A DNA stretch of 63,458 nt, counting the filler, from Globobulimina sp. (lineage: Eukaryota), in assembly GCA_003354225.1 (NCBI GenBank). It is 24 parts of 24 records of this genome, joined end to end, with 100 filler letters (N's around TTAATTAATTAA, not from the genome) between each part and the next. Parts side by side here need not be neighbours in the genome. Positions count along the whole stretch, not along the records: positions 10,598 to 13,146 come from PIVH01006046.1; positions 13,247 to 15,795 come from PIVH01006047.1; positions 15,896 to 18,444 come from PIVH01006048.1; positions 18,545 to 21,093 come from PIVH01006049.1; positions 21,194 to 23,742 come from PIVH01006050.1; 19 more parts are not named here. One strand, 5' to 3'. The number at the start of each line of letters is the position of its first letter. Position 1 is the stretch's first letter. The translations under genes and the position numbers were made by a program. The notes under the pieces were generated by a model. The model had not been told where the DNA came from. It made no database searches and saw nothing but the letters and a program-made list of their open reading frames with translations. Of the stretch, positions 10,598-22,749 are shown in pieces.

Positions 10598-13146
10598 ATG
10601 ATTGAGCCTATATTTAAAGCCAATAAAATAAGGTAAATGCTTTTTTTTTTGATTGGTGACATAGTTTGTGGCCAACCAAAAGAATATATTGTAATATAAA
10701 TGTATGTAAACACAACCAAAAGGTACATGCGAATGGATGGTAGTACGCCTATTGGGGAGCGGCAAGGCCACGTTGATGTGTTCAATAAAATGAATCGATT
10801 CCAAGTTTTTTTGCTAAGTACACGCGTCGGCGGCTTAGGTCTAAACTTGGTGGGCGCCGATCGAGTGATTATTTATGATCCGGCGTGGAACCCAGCCACC
10901 GACGCACAAGCAGTGGACCGTTCGTATCGAATCGGGCAAGTTAATGATGTGATGGTGTATAGATTTGTGACCTGCGGTACCATCGAAGAGAAGATATACC
11001 GGCGACAGATCAGCAAAGTGGGACTATTAAAGTCAGTGACTGGCAAATCCAATCAACACCGATATTTTAGCAAAGCTGAGTTGAAGGAAGTGTTCAAATT
11101 AGAAAATCCAGAGATGAGTCAGACTCAAATCCAGTTTAAGGCGTTGGGACAACATCGGGTTGGCACCAATGCAGAGTTTGACCGAGAAACTGATTTCGTG
11201 GAACATGTGTCGAGTGTGTACGGGATCAGCCATCACGACCTATTGTTTAGGACGTGTCCGAAGGAGGAGTTGGACGACAATGCGGAGTTAGCGGAGCAGA
11301 TTGAAGCAGTGAGGAAGCGAGTTATTAATCAAACGCCGCGGGTCAAGGTCAGGAATAATAAGAATGAGAGGAAAAAAGAGAAAATCAATGATTTGTTGGA
11401 GGGCAGGTTGGATTTAAGCGATTTTATGCCAGTTTCGAATCGGAAGAATAAAAATATTAAACCCAAAGTACAAAGAGAAGTGGATGACGCCCCATGGCCA
11501 TTTAGATACAACTTTGATGAGAATATGAACCATAATTTAAATAAATCGAATTCGATTTCGAACCCAAACTCAATGGATGTGGATTCGGAGGATAATGTAA
11601 ATGCAAATAATGCGTCATTTATATCAAATATATCGAGCATACACAAAGAAAATAGCAATTCCTGGAGCGAGAATATAAATGTTAATCAAGTAAATAATAA
11701 TAATAATGTGACAATGTCGACGACCGAGACTGGAAAGAAAAGGCGGACACTTAAAAAAAAGCAGAATCGGTTTATTGCCGATAGTGATTCAGAGAGTGAG
11801 CATGCGAATGATGATAAGAATCAATTTCCGAATAGAAAGCGAAATAGTTTTAGTCATTTTAATTTTATGCCATCGACACATACGAATAATAAAAATAAGA
11901 ACGATAATAATAATTCGCGAATCAGTAATTATACGATTCTTCAAACACCGATATTTAATCAAACCATTAACAAAAAGAACAATGATAAAGAGGAAGATAT
12001 GGAGGCAATTAATATGAAAGATATTGTGAGTGTCATTCGGACGCAGCCAAGGCGAAAAAGGAGAAAATCCTTTGCTAATTTGCAACAATTACTGGATGCA
12101 CAAGAAAGTGAAGAAAGTGATAAAGAGGACAATGATAACAATGATAATATGGAGAGTAAAAATGATGAGGAATATGACTCTGAAGCTACGCAGTCTGAAG
12201 TGGAGGAAGTGTATCATCCTCAATCAAATAGCAATCCTCAATCAAATAGCAATGCAAATACTGCTTCCAATCCTCAATCAAACAGTAATATAAATAATAT
12301 ATCCTCTCATTCCAATGTTGAATCAAAAAGTAATTCATTTGCAAATGGTACAAGTTCACCACAGCCTTCATCCAATAATTCATTTCATAATTTTACAAAT
12401 AATAATATTTCATTCCATGCCAATCATAACGACTCACCAAAATTAAATAGCACTGTAACAAATAATGCAGTTCCATCGCGTAATAATATCGGTAATATTT
12501 CATCGCATTCACACCAACAGCCACCATCTAACAATCCATTTTTTGGCACAAGTAACACGAATACAAATGATGTGTCAATGCATATGTCATTCCACCCGAA
12601 TAACAGTAACAATTCATCCCATCACCATTCACCAAATATAAATATGAATACAAACCTATCGAATAATATGTCATTCCAATCAGATGAAAACAATAAGAAT
12701 AACAATATCCACTGCAATAATAATAATAATAATCCATACATAGATAATAATTTATTGAACCAATTACAAACATTTTCGCCGAAACAAAATAAGAGTTTTG
12801 AGGAACTACATAATCTTAAAGCAAACAATCAGTCTCAATCAAACAATAATAATTCATGGGATTTTAATCAATCCCAATCCCAACCAATTGCGGATGGCCA
12901 TGAATATGAGTATGATGATGAAGAGACACTAAGTGATGAAGAAATGTTTGATTTATCACCATCTCAACAAATAAAACCATTGCAAGCAACAGAAGCAGTG
13001 ACAGCACAAGAAATATTTGAAACTGATAACATCGAAAAAACAGAGCATAATATAATTTGTAAAACGCCGTTAAAACATGTCTCACCGCAAAAAATCAAAA
13101 ACTTATCCACCAATTTTAAAAGATATCGACGCAAATCATTTATTCC
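10598..13146 (+). CDS. ERCC6L: SNF2-family translocase ERCC6L/PICH-like, partial (helicase C domain plus Asn-rich tail); intron 10633-10722
   Basis: RMDGS, GGLGLNLVGADRVIIYDPAWNPATDAQAVDRSYRIGQ, TCGTIEEKIYRRQ, RYFSKAELKEVF and GISHHDLLF, including the PICH-type post-helicase motifs. Confidence 0.8.
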
Positions 13147-13246
13147 NNNNNNNNNNNNNNNNNNNNNNNNNNNNNNNNNNNNNNNNNNNNTTAATTAATT
13201 AANNNNNNNNNNNNNNNNNNNNNNNNNNNNNNNNNNNNNNNNNNNN

Positions 13247-13449
13247 CATATAAAGGAATGGAACGGATATTCCATACAATCGCAATAGTTATCATTGACA
13301 TATTTGGAAGGAATTTGTATATTGGACGAGCCACCACAATAAAATACATCCGGCTGATCCAGTTTACGTACTTTACGATCATTATTATTATAATTATTTG
13401 CATCATATCCTGCAATGAAATAAATGAATAGAGCAGCAAAGCAAGACAT
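13247..13449 (-). CDS. Glucosidase II beta-subunit (PRKCSH)-like N-terminal fragment
   Basis: Hydrophobic leader followed by FYC...IPSKYVNDNYCDC. Confidence 0.65.
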
Positions 13450-13617
13450 AGTTTGAACGTTTTTACCTTTTTATATACGTAGATAAATTATCCCAACCCC
13501 TACTCCCTACCTTTAATTAATTTTGTATACACGTACGAAAAAAGCAGAGTTGAACAAAGTTATTATAATAATACAAAACAATGACAAAAGAAAGAAAAAT
13601 GTCTAGCATAAAATAAA

Positions 13618-15740
13618 TTATTCAATATTATATGTCTCGTCATCACCTTCCATTAATATGAAGGAATTTACCTCCCGAAATGTTTGAATTTCTTGTTGAA
13701 GCTGCAAATTTGGAAAAGTATACAAGGTATGAGCATCTTTTTTTGTTTTGGGTGATTTTTTATATTTTTTTAAATATTCTTCAATCGCAGCTTTTTCATA
13801 GGTATATCCATCAAATGCCATCACGGGCTCAGTCATTAAATTCTTGGTAATTGGACACATAAATTGCGATGGAATTATATTATTATCTTGCGAAGTAACT
13901 GACGCATCAGAGGTATTTGAATGTGATCGAAGCCTTTCTTCTTTTCTTGAACCATTGGCTGTAATGCTAGCACAATTTGCTATGTTTGACCTATTAATGG
14001 GCGCTGGATATTTTGTTCGTAATATACGAATATGATCAAATATTTGACATCGTAATTGATAATTTGTAAAACCAACACAATACAAATCATTCTTACTAAA
14101 TTCCACCAATTGTAGGCCACAAATTCCTTGCTTGACAATATTTAATTCAATCACATTTAAATCAATCTCATTATTGAATAAATGGCCATTTATGTTAAAC
14201 CAATGCATCTTAAATTTAATGAATGCCATTATATCTTTTCCATTCCATTCAATCCAATTATTTTCAAAATTATTCCATTTATCGCGTATATATTTATTCA
14301 ATCTCGTAATATTTTCATTATTTACGTTGACAAAGTGGTTATATTTCTCAATTAATATTTTGCACTCTTTGCTCATGGCTCCAAACACCGCACTCTCAAT
14401 CACCATGGCATTCAATTCATTGTCTTTGTTACATTTCTTTTTATTTAACGCATTCTCTTCGTCAATCTTGTGATTGCATTGCGATACTTTCTCACTTAAT
14501 ACCTTTTGCAATTCCATTCGCTCATTCTTTACATCATTGTATTTCTTCAATAGATTTATATATCCATTCTTGGCTTGGCTTGATTCTAATTGCCATTCTT
14601 CGATCCGCTGCAAAAATTGTGTCTGTTGCGCCAATAAAATGGACACTTTCTTGGTTACCTGTTCCAATCTATTTTCTTGTTTATCCATAATCAATCGACA
14701 TTTGCTATACTCTGACAACAAATGGTGTTCCTCTTTCTTTTCTTCTTTTAATATGTTAATATTACAATTATTATCCATCACCACTCTGTTTAAGGCCACT
14801 GTGGTGATATCCCATTCTTTTAATATTTTGCTATGTTCTTTTAATATTTTCTCGCTCTCATCATTCATTCTCTTGATTTTGTCCCTTATTCCAACTTCTT
14901 TCTCCTTGCTCACAATCACTTTATTGCAGATATATTGTGTCTGTGATTGCAATTTTTTATTTTGCTCTTTATGCTCATACTCAATGCGTTTATGTTTTGC
15001 TTTTAATGAATCTCGCTCTCGGATGCAATGCCACCATTTCTCGCCATTAATACTGACCGATACTAAATCAATACGACAAGAAATGGCAATGCCTTGATTC
15101 TTATTTAAATAATTTAAAGTATTATTGTTGAATGCGGAGGATATTCCAAAATATACTTCTTGTTTTTTATTGTAGTACGTATGGAGGAACTCATTGGATT
15201 GGTATTGAATGTCCTGACTTTCGAATTGCATTTTTACTTTCATATTGCGGATGTGATAGGCACTGTTATCTGGGAATTCTAATAATTTTAAATATAATGA
15301 CACCATGCCGCTATTTGCGTATTTATCACCGGAGGGATAACATTGTAAACACCATTTTGAGCGATGTAATGGGAAAGAAGTAGAATCAAACGATTGTTTT
15401 GTAGATGATGAGGGTGTCGATGCTGATGCGGAGGCTGAGGACCATAAACGTATCATATTTGGATCAATATACCATACGACATTATGCGATGTTTTATTGA
15501 TTTTTTCTTTGTCAGATATTATTTCGCCATCAGATGTATAGGAGCTAATGGATGAGGATGAGCCGCCAGATATATTTGGCATAGTTACAATGGAAACTAA
15601 TAATACCTTTTTCATACAACATCGAATACTTAAAATTTTCTTTTGCAAATTGATTAATAGATTTCGTTTAAATGTCTCTGGGTAACCCCAGGATGAATGT
15701 TTTTTATTAAAAATATTTGTCAATTCTGATCCATATTCGT
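13618..15740 (-). CDS. MATH + coiled coil + SAM-like + U-box E3 ubiquitin ligase, 5'-truncated
   Basis: KWCLQCYPSGD..MVSLYLKL (MATH); WIEWNGKDIMAFI..GICGLQLVEFSKNDL..GF (SAM-like); IPSQFMCPITKNLMTEPVMAFDGYTYEKAAIEEYL..SPKT..PNLQL (U-box). Confidence 0.9.
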
Positions 15741-15913
15741 CTGTTTGTGCACAAATATATATATATTGTATTTATTTGCATATGTTGTGTATAGANNNNN
15801 NNNNNNNNNNNNNNNNNNNNNNNNNNNNNNNNNNNNNNNTTAATTAATTAANNNNNNNNNNNNNNNNNNNNNNNNNNNNNNNNNNNNNNNNNNNNGTTTT
15901 GATAATTATATTG

Positions 15914-16017
15914 CAATAGGCATTTTTGCTTTATCGTAAGAATCTGTTTTTAAAGAGAAAAAAACAGTTTTTTCCGTTACAAAATAGATTTTTACGATAA
16001 AGCAAAAATGCCTATTG
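15914..16017. mobile_element. 104-bp foldback / MITE-like element with 37-bp inverted arms
   Basis: CAATAGGCATTTTTGCTTTATCGTAAgAATCTgTTTT pairs with 15981-16017 with 2 mismatches. Confidence 0.6.
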
Positions 16018-16215
16018 TGGAGGTTTTCGAACTGCGCCTCCAAGCTTTTTCATGTTTAACATTAAATGCTTGAAGTTTTTAAGTAAAGATGCATTTTGGA
16101 ACTTGGAAGCCATCTTCGTCGCACCGGTGGAATCGGACTTGAGTCTGAGTCCTGACGGCACCGCATGATGAAGCAAAGGGACAATATTATAAACTGTAAT
16201 TAATAATTATAGGTA

Positions 16216-17061
16216 CTAATCAAAAATAGGGTCTCTTCTCTCCATCATGGCTCTCGTGCCTTCACTCGCATCATTTGTCTCAAAACATTCAACCATATAT
16301 TTTTCGCAAATTTCATATTGTCGCTTTAAACTTCCTTTACATTTTTGTTGATTGAAAAATCCTAATTTCCCATTATATATATTCTTAGATGCATTGATAA
16401 ATTTATTTGTAATTTCAAACGTTTTGTCATCGATGCTCTCATTCTCTTTCACCACAAAATTTATTAAACCAACATTTAATGCCTCGTCGGCCTTAACCAC
16501 TGTACCAAGCAAGAGATACTCCAAAGCTTTATTTGATGATACACGATTTGCCAAAGCTACGCCTGGGCCATGACAGAACCTCCCACGCTGCGACCCAGGC
16601 ACTGAGAATAACGATTTTTGAGTAGCTATTATAATATCACACGATGCCGCCAATTGTAAGCCTCCGGCAGCGGCATGGCCATCAATGACAGCAATGCTTG
16701 GTTTTAAAAATTCATTTAGTTTAATATGTTTTTTGTCATAAGCACACCAATTATTTTGTTTATCGAATATGTCATTCACATCATGTCCAGAAGAAAAATA
16801 TTTGCCTTCATGTTTGATAACTACACATCGAGCATTACCATCCGTTTCTATTTTGTTTAATATGGAGTGTAATTCTTGCATTAAATGCATTGATAACGGA
16901 TTTGCTTTTGCAGGATTTGTTAATGTTATAGTTGCAACATTATTTTGTATGCTATATTTCACGATATTATCATTATTAGTCACATCAGAATATCTTCTAG
17001 ATCTCGATAAATAGAATGAGGACTTTCTAGCACGATGTAGTGAGCGTGCTAAACTGCACAT
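16216..17061 (-). CDS. ECHDC3: Enoyl-CoA hydratase domain protein, ECHDC3-like, mitochondrial
   Basis: Arg/Ser-rich transit peptide, NPAKANPLS, FSSGHD, IDGHAAAGGLQLAASCDIIIA, FCHGPGVALAN, DASEG. Confidence 0.8.
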   Translation of the reverse strand: MCSLARSLHRARKSSFYLSRSRRYSDVTNNDNIVKYSIQNNVATITLTNPAKANPLSMHLMQELHSILNKIETDGNARCVVIKHEGKYFSSGHDVNDIFDKQNNWCAYDKKHIKLNEFLKPSIAVIDGHAAAGGLQLAASCDIIIATQKSLFSVPGSQRGRFCHGPGVALANRVSSNKALEYLLLGTVVKADEALNVGLINFVVKENESIDDKTFEITNKFINASKNIYNGKLGFFNQQKCKGSLKRQYEICEKYMVECFETNDASEGTRAMMERRDPIFD

Positions 17062-17106
17062 AATTCGAATAGAGTTGAAAAACCTTCTTGAGTGTAAGTG
17101 GTGATA

Positions 17107-18444
17107 ATGAACACTGGACATGAACTCACGCAAATCATTGCAGACTTGCAAGAAAAAAAGAAAGTTACTAAACGAAGAAAAGCAGTCGAACAATTAGCGC
17201 AGGCATTGTGCGAAGAAACCAATTCTTTATCGACCTTATTAACAAAAAATTCATTAAAAAGCAATAAAACCTTAACCTCAACAAAATGCATTGACTATGG
17301 ATGGAGAGAATTACTGTTTAAAGTACTGATATCATTTCAGTTTGAAAATTCCAAAAAATGGGTTCAAAAAACCAAGGATATGTACCAACACTTAAAACTA
17401 ATCATTGATATTGCGGAAAAAAACGGACATTTCTTAAAAGATAATATCTCTGAAATAATAAAATTATTTAAACTTATCATAAATGACAATGATAAATTAA
17501 TGCAAGTCGGTGCTTGTTTATTTGACATATTATCCAAATTAATAAAAATTCCAATCTATGCAACTAAAATAAAATCTAATTTCTATAAAGAACTGTTTCA
17601 TAACATCTCAAGTTCATTTTCTCCGCCAGATCCAAATTATTTCAATGCAAATATTGGTTGGAACCATTGCTCCAAACACAATTCAACCATTTTGGCCAAT
17701 TTGTTATGCGAACTTATAGCTGCGATCCAGAGCTCATTCTCAATTAACAAAAGCATACAATTCATTGATAAATATATTGTGCCATTTTATGTGCGCTATT
17801 TTACAAATAACACTCGCAGTGATTCTGCGCATATCAATGCCATTTTGCTGGCTTGTTTGAATGAGCTATTATACAAATATTCATTTAATATCTTACATAA
17901 ATATGAGGTGTTATGTACAAATGCATTTACGTACTTCTCTCAGTTATGGGATCATACAAAAACAAAGAATTTAGGCATAAATCCTACCGTTAAGACGCAG
18001 ATTATTAAGTTTATCAATTTATTTTTCAAAATCAATAATTATTTGCCAAATGGTGTTGGAAAATATGAGCAATGTTTGCAGATTTTATATAAAATTTATC
18101 CAACGTTCAAGTCAGAATTAAATAATACCAAATCGAATAATGAAATGTTATTAGGTCCACAGTACAGTCATTGTAAAAATACATTGAAAGTCATCAATTT
18201 ATGTGATACACAATATGGATTTTATAGAATGTTATCAAACATTACGCATTCACTCATGAAAAGTGATGAAAATAATATATATACAAAGAAACAGACGAAC
18301 AATAAAATTGTAAATAGACATATTAATATCAATAATGGCAATAAAAAACGCGGGAAAAAGAGGAAGAGAGCGGACAAGGAAGAGCATGACGACTCGGATG
18401 ATAATAAGAGCATAGGTAATGACTCAGATATTGTTATTATTGAA
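17107..18444 (+). CDS. ATM: ATM/Tel1 kinase N-terminal (TAN/HEAT) region, 3'-truncated
   Basis: TAN-like LQEKKKVTKRRKAVEQL, then WRELL...FQFE, IDIAEKNGHFLK and GACLFDILSKLIKIPIY..IKSNFYKELF, colinear with the ATM N-terminus as recalled. The kinase domain is not in the contig. Confidence 0.65.
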
Positions 18445-18545
18445 NNNNNNNNNNNNNNNNNNNNNNNNNNNNNNNNNNNNNNNNNNNNTTAATTAATTAA
18501 NNNNNNNNNNNNNNNNNNNNNNNNNNNNNNNNNNNNNNNNNNNNC

Positions 18546-20168
18546 ACAGAAGCAACTCAGTTGGTATTTGCTTCGGAAAGAAATGGAATGTTGACATACA
18601 ACATAAATCAAGAAGCACTCAATATAATATCGTCGAATTTTGCTTATTCAAATCAACCATTTGAAGTAATATCAGCAATCGGCCAGGCCAGAAAAGGCAA
18701 ATCGTATACAATGAGCAAAATAATGCAGAAACTATGTCTTCGACCAGTGTCATTTATGCCTTTTAAATCATCAGATTTTAATAAACCATTCACTGACGGA
18801 ATATGGATGTATTTATTAAGAGATTGTACATCCACATCGAAAGGCTATTTGTCGAAAATAGAAACGAAATCATATCCGTGCAGTGAGGACAATAAACCGT
18901 ATCTTTTGTTGGATATTCAAGGATCATACACAGAGTCAGACGATGAAGCTATGCGATATGCGTCGATTGTTGCATTGATATCAACTCAAACCTATTTATT
19001 GCTGCATCAAAAACTATATAAACATGACATAGATCAAATTCGTTACATTTCCAGTTTTATTCACGAAATGAATGAAGAAAAAATAAGCTTTGCTATGAGT
19101 GATATTAATTTAGGTGCAATCATTCGGGAACCATTTAAAAATAAATTCGATAATGTTGAGAATGCAGTAAATGATGACTTATCTCACTATTTACATTATT
19201 TCCATGGTTTTGCTCAATTTGCAGTTGTTAAATCTATGCCGCATTATCGTCAACATTCAGAATATAGCAAATCGATGGAAGATATCGCCCAATATATCGT
19301 ATCAATGAGTAATGAGAATAAAAAAGCGTCGAGAATGAACTTTGTAACGTACAATTTTGGTAAATTCAAAACATTATTAACGGAAATAATTAATCAATTT
19401 AATAACAACCAAAATATATCCAGAATTTGCGTTGTTTGTATTTTTAAACGTATTGTTGAATGGGAACCGTTTACAGATTGGAGCAAATGTAGCAAAAATT
19501 GTGGTGCTGGAATTCAAAAAAGAAGCAGGAAATGTAACAGCGAGAATGCTGAAGATTGTGAAAGATTTATTGGTGGAAAAGCGGTCGAAACAGCACCATG
19601 TAATACATTTAAATGTGAATGGAAAGCATGGGGTGAATGGTCAAAATGTAACAGAGTATGTTTGGGAGGAAAACAAGTGAGGAAAAGAGAATGCGTTACA
19701 AAGGATATTCAGGATTGTCTTTCTGTGGTAGGTGGAAGTAATAAGGAAAGCAGAACATGTAATACACAAAAATGTAAATGGATGCCGGATAAAATAGGAA
19801 AATGTAGTGTCGAATGTAATGGCGGCACGCAAATTATTTATAAAAAATGTGAGAGTGGACATGATGTTGACTGTGAAGGAGATAATCAATATAATCGAGC
19901 ATGCAATGCACATAAATGCAAATGGATAGAAACAACAAAAGGGCGTTGTAGTGTGCTATGTGGTTCTGGCGATGCAATAGTACGTAGAAAGTGTGAAAGT
20001 GGAGATGAGCATGATTGTGATGGACAGAGTAAATATTTTGAGTCATGTTTTAATTTGGTAGGATGTCTCTGGTACTTAATCTATGCTGTTTTTGTAGTGT
20101 TTGTGGTTGCGTGCGGATGTGCTGTGTTATATGAAGCAATAATCAAAAATCAGCCTCGTCAATATTAA
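18546..20168 (+). CDS. GBP/atlastin-like GTPase domain + four TSP1 repeats + C-terminal TM, 5'-truncated
   Basis: VISAIGQARKGKSY (G1), PFTDGIWMY (G2), LLLDIQGS (G3); WSKCSKNCGAGIQKRSRKC, WGEWSKCNRVCLGGKQVRKREC and two further CS..C..G repeats; hydrophobic LWYLIYAVFVVFVVACGCAVLY. Confidence 0.85.
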   Translation, partial: TEATQLVFASERNGMLTYNINQEALNIISSNFAYSNQPFEVISAIGQARKGKSYTMSKIMQKLCLRPVSFMPFKSSDFNKPFTDGIWMYLLRDCTSTSKGYLSKIETKSYPCSEDNKPYLLLDIQGSYTESDDEAMRYASIVALISTQTYLLLHQKLYKHDIDQIRYISSFIHEMNEEKISFAMSDINLGAIIREPFKNKFDNVENAVNDDLSHYLHYFHGFAQFAVVKSMPHYRQHSEYSKSMEDIAQYIVSMSNENKKASRMNFVTYNFGKFKTLLTEIINQFNNNQNISRICVVCIFKRIVEWEPFTDWSKCSKNCGAGIQKRSRKCNSENAEDCERFIGGKAVETAPCNTFKCEWKAWGEWSKCNRVCLGGKQVRKRECVTKDIQDCLSVVGGSNKESRTCNTQKCKWMPDKIGKCSVECNGGTQIIYKKCESGHDVDCEGDNQYNRACNAHKCKWIETTKGRCSVLCGSGDAIVRRKCESGDEHDCDGQSKYFESCFNLVGCLWYLIYAVFVVFVVACGCAVLYEAIIKNQPRQY

Positions 20169-20311
20169 ATACAACACTTATTCACGATTTCCCTGAACTT
20201 TCTAACTATTAATATATTAAATTCCAGAGAACAGCACTTAATTGTTTATGATATTAATTTAATACTTATATGTGACATACAATTAAAAAAAAAACGATAT
20301 ACAAAATTCTG

Positions 20312-21093
20312 TCAAGGCTTATCATGTCCATATATGGCAACGTCTTTACCTCCATTCGATATCACCACACCTCCTTTACACGCTGCTTCTGAAGTCGTCT
20401 GCCAATTCGTTGCAATATTGGCTCCATTCAAGCCGGTAATCACCATATCATTGCAATTAAATGCTTTGCCATTCTTTTGAGCACAAGTCGCAGAATAATC
20501 TTCCAATGTGGCGCACGCCCAATTAAATTTTCTATTGTTATTCTTGACCGTCAATACGGTGGGACTCGAGCCGTCAGCTTTACTTTGCCCAATCACCACA
20601 TCCCCCGTTCCTCCAAACGAATAAACCCAGGCTTTCGCGCTCTGTCCTTCTCCCATTACCACGTTTTTACCCGTATGACTCTGCCCCGCTGGGCAACAAT
20701 TCCTGTACAAAACATATAAAACATACCATTTATGGCATAGGCAATGCATCTGACATACCATGGTTCCATCGACCAGCCTTTGGGAAATTGTCCGGATAAA
20801 TCATAATTAACTACAGGTTGCACGATGGTGACCCCCTGAGTTCCCGCTTTATTCTCAAACCCAATGAAATAATATAATAACTGCCGTCCACCTAATTTAG
20901 TATTGTTACATATAACATTTTTGGAGAAATATCTATTTATGTATATGGTATATGAGTACCTGACGGGGATTCCTTTGGGATCTGGTAAGTTGAGGTAAAA
21001 TTGCCGACTTCAGTGGGTGTAGTGAATGAGGCGTAATCTTCCCATGTTTCTAAACCATCATTGCCGTTTCTTTGGGATAATAATTCTTTTGCA
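20312..21093 (-). CDS. Probably secreted beta-sandwich protein, glutamic peptidase G1-like candidate; introns 20892-20959 and 20703-20758
   Basis: Splicing gives TYQIPKESPSGGRQLLYYFIGFEN..TIVQPVVNY..GWSMEPWNCCPAG...FNWACATLEDY. Confidence 0.55.
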
Positions 21094-21426
21094 NNNNNNN
21101 NNNNNNNNNNNNNNNNNNNNNNNNNNNNNNNNNNNNNTTAATTAATTAANNNNNNNNNNNNNNNNNNNNNNNNNNNNNNNNNNNNNNNNNNNNTATCCGA
21201 TTCAGATCCATTTTGAAATCGAGAACACGTACTCACAGATAGAGATTCAGCATGTTTATGATATTGAGCAAAAAGAGGAGTTCGAGTATAGTGTGAAAGG
21301 AACCTGCGTGGCTGAAAAATTTGTTCTTGAAACATAATTTGTTCTTAACAATTGAATTGATATTGCTTTCTTTAGTCTCTTTAATTTGTTTTGCAGAAGC
21401 ATTTAAATGTAGGAAAAACTAAAAAC

Positions 21427-22455
21427 ATGCATAAGCAAATAAGTGATGATCACAACATAACTACAATAGTAACAATACCAACATCCGTTACACCAACAAA
21501 TGAAGTGAAACATGAATGGAAGGAACTTGCAAAATGTCCATGCGAAAGATTCAGTGTCCCGTTTAAAATAAATGAGAGTGAATTTGCTATTGCAGTAGTC
21601 ACAAACGTAACATCTTTTACATACAATGGAGTGATGAAATACGACCTAACAGAAAACAAATGGATTGAATGGATCCGTTATCCCGCTAGCTTTAAATCGA
21701 ATTATCACACCGCCTCTATGGATAGATGTAGAAATATATTATACATCTACAATTCAGAACAAATACTAACAAAAATTGATTTATTAACACAGAAAACAGA
21801 AACAACAGAGGTTGAGAAGTATGACGGAGCGTTTTCATCCTCGTTGGTTGTTAATAACGAATTCCATTTGTTTGGTGGCTGGGATCACTCCAAACATTTG
21901 GTATGGAATGATGAGCAGCAATCATTTGATGCAGTATATGAATTTGAGGATTTTGATCAAGGTTTTATTGATCACGAGGTAGTTTACATAAAATCACAAA
22001 ATCGCATCTATGTATTTGGTGGAAAAGACAGTTCAATGGGAATAACTGCGAGGGACATTATACATTGTTATTGTTTGTCAGCTAAAAGGTGGACTAAATT
22101 AAATGTAAAAATGCCAATTGGAATGGAACAATTTGCAGCTTTGATTACAAGCAATGATCAATATATTCTATTAATTAAATCTGAAATATATATTTTGCAT
22201 TTGGAGACTATGATATTTACGCAGAGCAAAATAAAGATTCCGGCTGATGATATTTACAGAGCTTTTATTTATGAGGATAAGAAAGGTAAACATTTATTGA
22301 TTGATGGCTATGTTCGGGATATGGGATATATTGCGAATGATTTGGTCAATGTCATTATGTCGTTTTATTGTAATGAATATGTGCATATAATATCGTATTC
22401 GAGGAATCAAAATCATTGGAAAATAAATGTGGACGTCATTTTAAATGCTGTTTGA
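21427..22455 (+). CDS. Kelch-repeat protein
   Basis: FHLFGGW and IYVFGGK..IHCY...W repeats; C-terminal LLIDGYVR..IANDLVNVIMSFY motif. Confidence 0.85.
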   Translation: MHKQISDDHNITTIVTIPTSVTPTNEVKHEWKELAKCPCERFSVPFKINESEFAIAVVTNVTSFTYNGVMKYDLTENKWIEWIRYPASFKSNYHTASMDRCRNILYIYNSEQILTKIDLLTQKTETTEVEKYDGAFSSSLVVNNEFHLFGGWDHSKHLVWNDEQQSFDAVYEFEDFDQGFIDHEVVYIKSQNRIYVFGGKDSSMGITARDIIHCYCLSAKRWTKLNVKMPIGMEQFAALITSNDQYILLIKSEIYILHLETMIFTQSKIKIPADDIYRAFIYEDKKGKHLLIDGYVRDMGYIANDLVNVIMSFYCNEYVHIISYSRNQNHWKINVDVILNAV

Positions 22456-22749
22456 TTTTGTTACGTACTTTTGCATTTGCTTCGTAGTTATCTCCCATAA
22501 ACGACTGCGTCTTGGTTGTAAATACTAATTGGTTCGCGAACTAACTATACATGGTTTGGTCGCTTCTCCAATGTGTCATATTCTGTTGCGACGGTATATA
22601 AATGTTTAATTCGCCAGACACAAACCCACCGCATGCACAGTCACTACAGTCACTAGTGTGGTGATCTTATTTCTGAGTTGATCTATCACCACAAATAAAG
22701 AGCATGCATCGACGTTTTTTTGTTACGACCGGTTTACTTACTCCTGATC

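Noticed and set aside
21270-21310. GTTCGA-containing stretch as a tRNA
   Set aside because: No cloverleaf pairing. No tRNA or rRNA was recognised anywhere in the window.
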